A program made the position numbers and the translations under genes. From Fluviicola sp. (lineage in GTDB: Bacteria > Bacteroidota > Bacteroidia > Flavobacteriales_D > Crocinitomicaceae): a stretch of 64,000 bases of DNA. Of the stretch, positions 56,698-64,000 are shown piece after piece. Location: NCBI GenBank assembly GCA_047947105.1, contig CP170456.1, positions 888,530-952,529 on the forward strand, read 5' to 3'. Within the stretch, counting starts at the first letter, position 1; each line of letters starts with the position of its first letter. The notes below the pieces were generated by a model, which had not been told where the DNA came from, made no database searches, and saw nothing but the letters and a program-made list of their open reading frames with translations.

Positions 56698-57323
56698 TGA
56701 CAGAAGCTGAAAGAGAGGAAAAAGAGCGTGTAAAGCGTGAAAAAATGCGAAAGCTGGAAAGTCCGCTTCCGTTCGTCATTATCTTACGCAACTGGATTTT
56801 TGGAAAAAAGCGACCGGATATTTTCACGCGTTTGACCTTTATCGCCAACCTTGTCATTTGGATTCTTTTTCTTGTCTGGTCCGGCTTTAGCTACTTCGCA
56901 GTCAATTCCCGAGACTGGATTTTAAATCAAAAGGGAATCAATGTCACCAATATTATCAACAACCGCGGAAGAGATTTAGGTTTTGAGCAAGGCGTATTTC
57001 TAGAACGAATGGAAACGGAAAGCTTGTTAGCCATTATCTGCTGGAGTGTCTTTTTTGTTGGATTGGTGCTTTTGTACCGCAAGAAACGCATTTTCGTGTA
57101 CTTCGCCTTGATTCCTTTACTCGCCTATATCGGACTAAACAGCCTCTATCTTGGCTTGGATTACTTTGTGCAGGATGTTACCTTGTTTGATAAAATTCTA
57201 CTTCTTATTTCCCTCGTGAGCCTTTCGATAAGTGCGTTCATGATGAGAAATGGAGGAAGCGAAAATGCAGGCTCGAACTTTTTTGGAATTGCTACGGATG
57301 AAGATGCTCCAGAAACGACATAA
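56694..57323 (+). CDS. hypothetical membrane protein
   Basis: ATGA overlap with the upstream gene. Four TM helices. Confidence 0.5.
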   Translation: MMTEAEREEKERVKREKMRKLESPLPFVIILRNWIFGKKRPDIFTRLTFIANLVIWILFLVWSGFSYFAVNSRDWILNQKGINVTNIINNRGRDLGFEQGVFLERMETESLLAIICWSVFFVGLVLLYRKKRIFVYFALIPLLAYIGLNSLYLGLDYFVQDVTLFDKILLLISLVSLSISAFMMRNGGSENAGSNFFGIATDEDAPETT

Positions 57324-57804
57324 TACCCTCGGGTGTCTGCTCCTCTCTTCCTAAAATCACTTTGGCTTTTTTATAGTACTCTTCTCGCTCCTGAAGTTTC
57401 GAATCGATAAATTCTAGTAATTCATCCTTTTCCAAGCCAGAAATCAGCGGACGTTGTTGTTTCGCATGCGCCAAACGATGTGCTAATTCTTTTGCTGAAC
57501 GTTCCAAATAAAAGGTCGTCCCCACCTTGTTTAGCAAATCCATATTATCACCAAAACACGGCATTCCACCTCCGGTTGCCAGCACAAAATCTACCCGAAG
57601 ATCCAAAGCTTCGATGTACTCGCGTTCCAATTCCCGAAAATGAGATTCGCCATGTTCTGCGAACAACTCTCCTACTGTTTTATTGAAGTGATTTTCAATT
57701 TCCGCATCGGAGTCAATAAAGGGCACGTTCAGTTTGTTGGCTAATTTCTTTCCGAGTGTTGTTTTACCACTCCCCATAAATCCAACAAGTATGACGCGTT
57801 TCAT
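57292..57804 (-). CDS. aroK: shikimate kinase
   Basis: 'ILVGFMGSGKTTLGK' P-loop, 'DSD' and 'ATGGG'. I trimmed the start to MKRVILVG. The 3' end overlaps the convergent gene by 32 nt. Confidence 0.85.
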   Translation of the reverse strand: MKRVILVGFMGSGKTTLGKKLANKLNVPFIDSDAEIENHFNKTVGELFAEHGESHFRELEREYIEALDLRVDFVLATGGGMPCFGDNMDLLNKVGTTFYLERSAKELAHRLAHAKQQRPLISGLEKDELLEFIDSKLQEREEYYKKAKVILGREEQTPEGIMSFLEHLHP

Positions 57805-57980
57805 GGAATACAAGGTACGTATTAATTCTATGACAGAAAATATGCCATTTCTCAAAAAAACTAAATTCCTGTGATTCAGCAGAAGACGCTAAATGATTCA
57901 AAGAAATCCAAAAAAAAATTGTCATTTCAATTGTAATAATGATTGAAGTGCCTATATTTGCACTCCCAAACGGGACAGAT

Positions 57981-58053
57981 GATCTCTTAGCTCAGTTGGT
58001 AGAGCAACGCCCTTTTAAGGCGTGGGCCCTGGGTTCGAGCCCCAGAGGGATCA
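57981..58053 (+). tRNA. tRNA-Lys (anticodon UUU)
   Basis: Hand-folded cloverleaf of 73 nt: acceptor GATCTCT/AGGGATC (one G-U pair), D arm GCTC-AGTTGGTA-GAGC, anticodon arm ACGCC-CTTTTAA-GGCGT, variable loop GGGCC, T arm CTGGG-TTCGAGC-CCCAG, discriminator A. CCA is not encoded. Confidence 0.9.
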
Positions 58054-58057
58054 CGAA

Positions 58058-58085
58058 AAGCCTCTCAGAAATGAGAGGCTTTTTT
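58058..58085 (+). terminator. rho-independent terminator after tRNA-Lys
   Basis: AAGCCTCTC-agaaat-GAGAGGCTT is a perfect 9-bp stem followed by TTTT. Confidence 0.8.
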
Positions 58086-58498
58086 CGTTCATCCTTGCGA
58101 GGTGAGAAGTTTATATTGAGCGCAGTGAAACGAAGTCGAAGTAAGCCCCACGAGAAGAGATCGCGGACCAAAGCGATCGAAGACCGAGGTTCGTCAAATA
58201 CTAATTTGATAAAAAACGAAGGCACTTTATTAAATAGCACTCCCTTTAGTTTTATCCCGGTCGGGTAAAAAAGACGGAGGTACCAAATGTAAAGACACGG
58301 CATCGAAGAAATTATCATTGATTACCGCACTATTTGATTCACAACCAAAATTCAAAGGTTAATTCGGAATACTCCTTGATATGAAAGTGACTCCTTTTTT
58401 ATTTTACACCCATCTCAAAAAATGTCTTTCCCCAACATTTGCAAAAAATAGAATTCACTTTTCGAATTTTCGGTACTTTTGCTTCCCGGTTATAACGC

Positions 58499-59557
58499 AT
58501 GGAAACACGAAAAACAACAAATACGCTACTTTTAATTCTGGTAATTCCAGTGGTTTTCTACTTGCTAAAAGTGCTGGATTTTATCTTTATTCCACTCACC
58601 GCGGCCATGTTCATCACCTTGTTGTTTTTGCCACTAATGCGCTGGTTCAAAAGAAAAAATATCCATAAAGGATTCGCAATTGCAAGTGTAATTCTGATCA
58701 TTTTTGGAGCATTAAAGTTGGCAGGAGAGCTAATTTCCATGTCCAGCGCCGAGATTCTTTCTGCAGACAACTCTTTCTTTGAGCAGGCCGAAACAAAAAT
58801 CAACGATTTGATTTTGACGCTGGAAGGCTTTTTTGGAGTGCAACGCGGACCTGGTGAGAACGTAATGTCCTATTATTTACCGAATGGTGGATCCTTCGAA
58901 AGCCTCGGGGGCACCTTTAAATCAGTGCAAACGACATTATCTGCGACGTTGATGACCATATTCTTTGTCATACTATTGCTGGTGGAATCCATCAATTTTG
59001 AAAGTGTCATGAATCGGGCCATCTTCAAGCACCGCCACTCCTCCATCAAAACCTTTGCACGAATCGAAAAGGACATTATAAAGTTTGTAAAAGTAAAGTT
59101 CATCGTAAGTTTATTAACAGGAATTGGGTTCACTTTGGCTTGTTATGCATTTGATGTGAGTTTCCCAATCTTCTGGGGATTGTTCGCATTCCTGATCAAT
59201 TTTGTTCAGTTTATTGGGTCTGTGATATCCGTTGTGCTCCTCAGTATTTTTGCTTTGGTAGAATTAGACACCAGCGGAACCCTTGCTTTTTTCGTAATCG
59301 TAATTACAGGGGTGCAAGCCGTTTTCGGAGGAGTTATGGAACCTGTACTTATGGGACGAACGTTTTCTGTGAATGTAGTTACCGTTTTGGTAATGCTCAT
59401 GCTTTGGGGCTTCATTTGGGGAATCCCTGGACTTATTATGTCTATTCCAATCACCGTATTCCTGCGCATTATTTTGGACCAGTTCCCACAAACAAAGGTT
59501 ATCTCTGATTTAATGGCTGGACCAGGCAGGAAAAAAGATAAGGTTGTAGCTCAATAA
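58499..59557 (+). CDS. AI-2E family transporter (PerM/UPF0118)
   Basis: 352 aa, about 8 TM helices. The C-terminal 'WGFIWGIPGLIMSIPITV' is typical of AI-2E. Confidence 0.7.
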   Translation: METRKTTNTLLLILVIPVVFYLLKVLDFIFIPLTAAMFITLLFLPLMRWFKRKNIHKGFAIASVILIIFGALKLAGELISMSSAEILSADNSFFEQAETKINDLILTLEGFFGVQRGPGENVMSYYLPNGGSFESLGGTFKSVQTTLSATLMTIFFVILLLVESINFESVMNRAIFKHRHSSIKTFARIEKDIIKFVKVKFIVSLLTGIGFTLACYAFDVSFPIFWGLFAFLINFVQFIGSVISVVLLSIFALVELDTSGTLAFFVIVITGVQAVFGGVMEPVLMGRTFSVNVVTVLVMLMLWGFIWGIPGLIMSIPITVFLRIILDQFPQTKVISDLMAGPGRKKDKVVAQ

Positions 59558-59668
59558 GCACCATTGACATTCAACAAAAGTCATAACTTGCTCAAGTTTA
59601 GCATAGAATAGTTCATTCACTTTTTCCAGCTCCTTTTTTTCGTGTAAATTGCACTCCAAATTGCTGCC

Positions 59669-60682
59669 ATGAAAAAAATACTCCTATTACTGACGCTTCT
59701 GCCAATCGGTGCATTCTCACAAACAATCAATTCGGTACAAAACGGTGACTTCTTCAACCCTTTTACCTGGGATTGTGCGTGTATACCACAAAACGGAATG
59801 ACGGTAAATATCGATCATGATGTGGTCTTAAACCTTGATATAGCCTACACCTCAGGTAGCATTATCATTAACTCTGGAGCCTCTTTGATTGAAGATGCAA
59901 CAGATCGAGCGTTTTGGGTAGATGGAACAGGTACATTGACGAATAATGGAACCTTCACCAGTCACTTACTATTGGTCTCTCCTAATGCAGATATCACCAA
60001 CACAGGTAACATGCCCAACCTCGACAGTGTTTGGGTTCAAGGAACGTTGACCAATTCCGGGTTCATTAGTGCTTTGGATGTATTAAATGATGAAACATCC
60101 AATTTTGATAATCAATCCGAAGTATCCATAGCCAACAATTTTAACAATCAAGGATATTTCTACATAGCACCATCCGCAAGTGTTGAAGTGGGGAACGACT
60201 TCTCTAATTGTAATTTGCAAACCTTGTACGCGTACATGGAAAATGACGGAATCATGTGTATTACGAATGACTTCTCAAACTGTCCAGATGATACATTAGA
60301 CGGTCAAGGAAACTACTACGTAGGAGGATCGAGTTCAAATTTGGGAGTTTTTACAGGCGACTTCACCTTTCACACACCTTCCGGAACCATGGGAGTACCT
60401 GGAACTATTGACCCGTCGGTAACTGTAACATCAGGGACCTGTACCCTTGGCATGACTGAACAAAATGAACAGCAAGTGCAAGTAGCTCCCAATCCAGTGT
60501 CAGACCTTTTGCAGCTGAGTATAGACTCTGGTAAATTCGCATTATTCGATATTACAGGAAAAATGATCTTCTCTGGTTATTTTTATAATGGATCCATTGA
60601 TTTTTCTTCGATCAATTCGGGAATATATCTGCTCAAAATAAACGACAATAAAACGATTCGAATAACCAAGGCGCAGCATTAG
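59669..60682 (+). CDS. secreted protein with a T9SS C-terminal sorting domain
   Basis: Signal peptide present. C-terminus 'VAPNPVSDLLQL...SGIYLLKINDNKTIRITK'. Confidence 0.75.
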   Translation: MKKILLLLTLLPIGAFSQTINSVQNGDFFNPFTWDCACIPQNGMTVNIDHDVVLNLDIAYTSGSIIINSGASLIEDATDRAFWVDGTGTLTNNGTFTSHLLLVSPNADITNTGNMPNLDSVWVQGTLTNSGFISALDVLNDETSNFDNQSEVSIANNFNNQGYFYIAPSASVEVGNDFSNCNLQTLYAYMENDGIMCITNDFSNCPDDTLDGQGNYYVGGSSSNLGVFTGDFTFHTPSGTMGVPGTIDPSVTVTSGTCTLGMTEQNEQQVQVAPNPVSDLLQLSIDSGKFALFDITGKMIFSGYFYNGSIDFSSINSGIYLLKINDNKTIRITKAQH

Positions 60683-60691
60683 TAAGAACTC

Positions 60692-62944
60692 ATGACAAAA
60701 AATTCCTACCGAAAACTAACAGCATTGCTTTGCCTTCTCGTGTTCCCATGGTGTAGCAATGCGCAGTTCGTACTTGAATACAATGATTCTATCCCTGTTC
60801 TTCGTTCGGGAGACACATTGAAAAACGCATGGGCAGGCGGTTTGAATTACATTCAAATGTCTGATTTCGATTATGATCAGGATGGAGACATGGATTTATT
60901 CTGTTTCGACAGAAGTAGTAACAATGTACGGGTTTTCACAAAAGAATGGAATGGCACCAACTTCTACTATGATTATATCCTGGATGCAGAAGATTTCTTC
61001 CCTTCTGACTTGCGTTACAGAGCCCAGCTGGTGGATTACGATCAAGATGGACGAAAAGATCTGTTCACTTGGGGACTAGGCGGTGGACTGAAAGTATACA
61101 GAAACGTTTCTGACCAGGTGAATGGTCTGCAATGGTCTCTTTTTCAAGCAGACGTACATTCAGATTACGCCGTAAATGGATTGCAATCATTATTTATAAG
61201 TGCCGATGACTTGCCAGGATTAGTGGACATTGACGAGGACGGAGATCTGGATATCCTCACTTCGGATGCGTCTGGGCTGCGACTGGAATATCATCAAAAT
61301 CAAAGCATGCAGCTCTATGGCATTCCTGATTCATTAGTATTTGTGCAAAAGAACGAGTGCTGGGGGAAATTTACAGAAGGGGTTACCAACTTTACCATCA
61401 ATCTCAACGACACAACACCGCCCTGTGAGAACGGAAATATTGCCAATCCTGAACGAACGAGTGCAATCGCATCTCAAAAGGAAATGCACGCTGGCACCTC
61501 CATTCTTTGTTTGGATATCGACAGTTCTGGAGTAAAGGACATCATTATGGGAGATGCTGCATTTTCCGGCCTGACTTTGCTAATCAATGGCGGAACAGCT
61601 GTGAATACAGACTCACCCATGACCAGTTTGGACGATGCGTTTCCAATTTACTCAGTCCCGGTGAAATGCCATAACTTTCCTGGAGCTTTTTATGTGGATG
61701 TAGATTTCGACCAGAAACGGGATTTGATTGCTTCCCCTAATACAGAGGTGAATTCACTGGATCGAGAAAGCGTTGTATACTACCAAAACATCGGTACGGA
61801 CAATGTCCCTGTTTTCACACCCATTTCTAATAATTTCCTTCAAGACGAAATGATTGAACATGGAACGGGAAGTATTCCTGTCTTATTCGATTATAATGGT
61901 GATGGACTAGAGGATCTATTGATAGCCAACTTCTACAATTACAAACCTGTTGGAGACAAAGAAAGTTTGATCTCCTTGTATTATAACGTGGGTACTGCTA
62001 CAGAACCTGTCTTCCAATTTGTTGATATGGATGCATTCAACCTAACACAGCAAAATTATGGCCTTCGTTCTGTTCCCACATTTGGAGACATTGACAATGA
62101 TGGCGACAAAGATCTTCTATTAGGTCTGGAGGATGGCACTATTGTTTTTTATGAAAACCTCGCTACTGGACCGATGCCGATTTGGGGCAACCCCGTTATG
62201 AATTACTCCGACGATCAATCCAATCCGATTAGTGTAAGCGCATACGCGCATCCGCAACTATTTGATCTTAACAATGATGGTTTGCTCGACCTGCTCATAG
62301 GAAATCGAGTGGGCAACATTGCTTACTATGAAAATATTGGAACATTAACGAATCCATCATTTCAATTGAACAATGCAATCTTGGGCGAGGTAGACATTTT
62401 GCCAGGCAATCAAAGCTCTAATGCTGCCATCCATTTTTTTGAAGAAAATGGAGAAACGCACTTATTCTGTGGTTCATTCGACGGTAACCTTACGTACTAT
62501 AATGATATTGACGGAAACTTAAATCCTGGCGATTCATTTAACCTAGTTTCAGATATGTACCATGGCATTGACGTCGGTAAACATAGCGCAGTATTTACGC
62601 ATGATTTAGACCTTGATGGTAATCGTAATTTGTTTTTAGGTCAAGATTTGGGTGGGTTATACCACTATAACCTTATGTATGATTCCACTGCATCACTTGT
62701 AGAGACTAGCACCGCCCTTGTCTCTTTGTACCCAAATCCAACGGAAGGAAACTTCACCATTTCAAGTCCTGAACCAATTGAGAACGTCAGAATCCTGGAT
62801 GCGAAAGGAAGATTAATTCAAGAAATAGATCCTACTGATCCTAATATTCAAATTACCTTAGAATCGAATACTACAGGTTTGTATTATGTCATTGTGCAAT
62901 TACAATCAGGGAAGGTATCCACCAAAAAACTGATTCGAGAATAG
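60692..62944 (+). CDS. FG-GAP/VCBS repeat protein with a T9SS C-terminal sorting domain
   Basis: Repeated 'D.D.DGD.DL' calcium-binding loops: 'DYDQDGDMDLF', 'DIDEDGDLDIL', 'DYNGDGLEDLL', 'DIDNDGDKDLL', 'DLNNDGLLDLL'. C-terminus 'LYPNPTEGNFTI...GLYYVIVQLQSGKVSTKKLI'. Confidence 0.8.
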   Translation: MTKNSYRKLTALLCLLVFPWCSNAQFVLEYNDSIPVLRSGDTLKNAWAGGLNYIQMSDFDYDQDGDMDLFCFDRSSNNVRVFTKEWNGTNFYYDYILDAEDFFPSDLRYRAQLVDYDQDGRKDLFTWGLGGGLKVYRNVSDQVNGLQWSLFQADVHSDYAVNGLQSLFISADDLPGLVDIDEDGDLDILTSDASGLRLEYHQNQSMQLYGIPDSLVFVQKNECWGKFTEGVTNFTINLNDTTPPCENGNIANPERTSAIASQKEMHAGTSILCLDIDSSGVKDIIMGDAAFSGLTLLINGGTAVNTDSPMTSLDDAFPIYSVPVKCHNFPGAFYVDVDFDQKRDLIASPNTEVNSLDRESVVYYQNIGTDNVPVFTPISNNFLQDEMIEHGTGSIPVLFDYNGDGLEDLLIANFYNYKPVGDKESLISLYYNVGTATEPVFQFVDMDAFNLTQQNYGLRSVPTFGDIDNDGDKDLLLGLEDGTIVFYENLATGPMPIWGNPVMNYSDDQSNPISVSAYAHPQLFDLNNDGLLDLLIGNRVGNIAYYENIGTLTNPSFQLNNAILGEVDILPGNQSSNAAIHFFEENGETHLFCGSFDGNLTYYNDIDGNLNPGDSFNLVSDMYHGIDVGKHSAVFTHDLDLDGNRNLFLGQDLGGLYHYNLMYDSTASLVETSTALVSLYPNPTEGNFTISSPEPIENVRILDAKGRLIQEIDPTDPNIQITLESNTTGLYYVIVQLQSGKVSTKKLIRE

Positions 62945-62948
62945 CCCC

Positions 62949-64000
62949 ATGAAGGAATTAATTTCCAAATACAAGGAGCATTTAAACGCTCCTGTTTCCC
63001 CAGCCAGCCTTGGATTGTTCAGAATTCTTGTTGGAATTGTACTGATGTTGCAGACAATGTACTTCATGTCAACAGACTTTGTTCAGGTCCATATTTTTGA
63101 TTCTCCCATTGCTTTCAAGTTCCGATACTTTGAATTCTTAGAGCCACTTTCCCCGAGCGGGATGAAGTTCATCATGCTACTGATGCTTCTCTCGACGATT
63201 GGAATCATTTTGGGTCGGCTTTTCAAATTATCCGCAGCAATATATTGTTTAACCTTCACCTACTTCTGGCTCTTGGACATGAGCTACTTCAATAATCACT
63301 ATTACTTCATGTCACTGTTGGCCTTGCTGCTGCTATTTTCTAATGCTGATGGCTGGGGAGCTTTGAAGGGAAAAAACCGAAAGGAATCCATCCCCTACTA
63401 TCAGATTTTTGCCCTAAAAGGACAGATTTTCATCGCCTTTTTCATTGCAGGTGTGAACAAAATAAATTATTACTGGTTGGTCGAAAATCAACCCATGAAA
63501 CACATTCTAGAAACCAAAGCCGAAGTAGCTGGAACACAATGGATCAACAATAGTTTCTTCTACCAATTCTTTTCTTGGTCTGGATTGTTATTCGACCTTT
63601 TCATAGGCTTTCTTCTGTGGATTCCAAAGTTTCGAAAAATTGGAATTATCGCGTTCGTTTTCTTTAACCTGATCAATTTCTGGTTGTTTTACGACATTGG
63701 AGAAATAGGCTTCTTCCCATTCTTACTTTTGGCCTGTATATCCATTTTCCTTGACCCGAAAAAAGTTGCCGAGAAGTTGAGTTGGTTGACCCCAACTAAG
63801 AAATCAGACAAAAAGGTCAGTAACAAAAAAGATACTCCGAAGACATCGTTGCATGTTAGGCCCGTTAAATGGGCTCCGCTGGTTATTACTGTGTATCTAA
63901 TATTTCATTTGGTGTTCCCGTTCCGACATTTATTTTTCCCTGGACATGTGGATTGGAATGGAGCCGGACAGCGTTTTTCTTGGCGAATGAAAATTATGTA
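62949..64000 (+). CDS. HTTM domain (vitamin K-dependent gamma-carboxylase-like) membrane protein; the 3' end lies beyond the right window edge
   Basis: Absent from the track because it has no stop in the window. Hand translation gives 'LGLFRILVGIVLMLQ', 'NNHYYFMSLLALLL' and 'DWNGAGQRFSWRMKIM', all typical of HTTM. Confidence 0.75.
   Translation, partial: MKELISKYKEHLNAPVSPASLGLFRILVGIVLMLQTMYFMSTDFVQVHIFDSPIAFKFRYFEFLEPLSPSGMKFIMLLMLLSTIGIILGRLFKLSAAIYCLTFTYFWLLDMSYFNNHYYFMSLLALLLLFSNADGWGALKGKNRKESIPYYQIFALKGQIFIAFFIAGVNKINYYWLVENQPMKHILETKAEVAGTQWINNSFFYQFFSWSGLLFDLFIGFLLWIPKFRKIGIIAFVFFNLINFWLFYDIGEIGFFPFLLLACISIFLDPKKVAEKLSWLTPTKKSDKKVSNKKDTPKTSLHVRPVKWAPLVITVYLIFHLVFPFRHLFFPGHVDWNGAGQRFSWRMKIM

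Noticed and set aside
57292-57323. 32-nt overlap of the convergent aroK and membrane-protein genes as a regulatory feature
   Set aside because: Small convergent 3' overlaps are common in compact genomes. Nothing else suggests antisense regulation.
57939-58318. 109-aa (+) and 108-aa (-) ORFs
   Set aside because: Both run straight through the tRNA-Lys gene and its terminator. There is no coding support.
1-64000. CRISPR arrays, IS elements/transposases, integrases, rRNA genes and large dispersed repeats
   Set aside because: Scanning by eye found no regularly spaced direct repeats, no transposase or integrase-like ORFs (DDE, tyrosine or serine recombinase motifs) and no rRNA-like sequence. The only repeat found is the intragenic tandem duplication at 4525..4890. 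Without a dot-plot I may have missed short dispersed repeats.

Overview
This is a Bacteroidota-type chromosomal segment. SusC/SusD, several T9SS C-terminal sorting domains, TAnnTTTG-like promoter motifs, lpxK/lpxH and a low-GC look all point to a Flavobacteriia- or Cytophagia-like organism.

About 54 kb (10.3-64 kb) is ordinary core or niche gene content:
- fabI, radC, lpxK, a purine nucleoside phosphorylase, gatB, two TlpA-like redoxins, an lpxH-like gene, ffh, nhaC and an MMPL/RND exporter
- a SusC/SusD pair, a RecD-like helicase, rsmD, coaD, a nitroreductase, a BNR sialidase-like lipoprotein and an M61 peptidase
- aroK, tRNA-Lys(UUU), an AI-2E transporter, T9SS cargo proteins and an HTTM protein truncated at the right edge

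The outlier is the left 9.9 kb. It is one minus-strand, translationally coupled 11-gene operon (9866 down to <1). The operon opens with a signal-peptide-less S8 subtilase. It ends, as far as the window shows, with a protein whose N-terminal domain carries the Cys-His-Asp core of the Tae4 peptidoglycan amidase effector family. The nine proteins in between match no family I can name. I see no signal peptide, clear TM helix or P-loop in any of them, and none of the T6SS, eCIS, T7SS or phage hallmark genes. I flag this operon as the candidate undescribed system: either effector delivery or protease-gated lysis/conflict.

The divergently transcribed neighbour is an unusual lipoprotein with a YARHG domain and a C-terminal Hint (intein/hedgehog-type) domain. 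I saw no CRISPR array, IS element, integrase or rRNA.

All family assignments come from motif recognition by eye and memory. No database search was possible.
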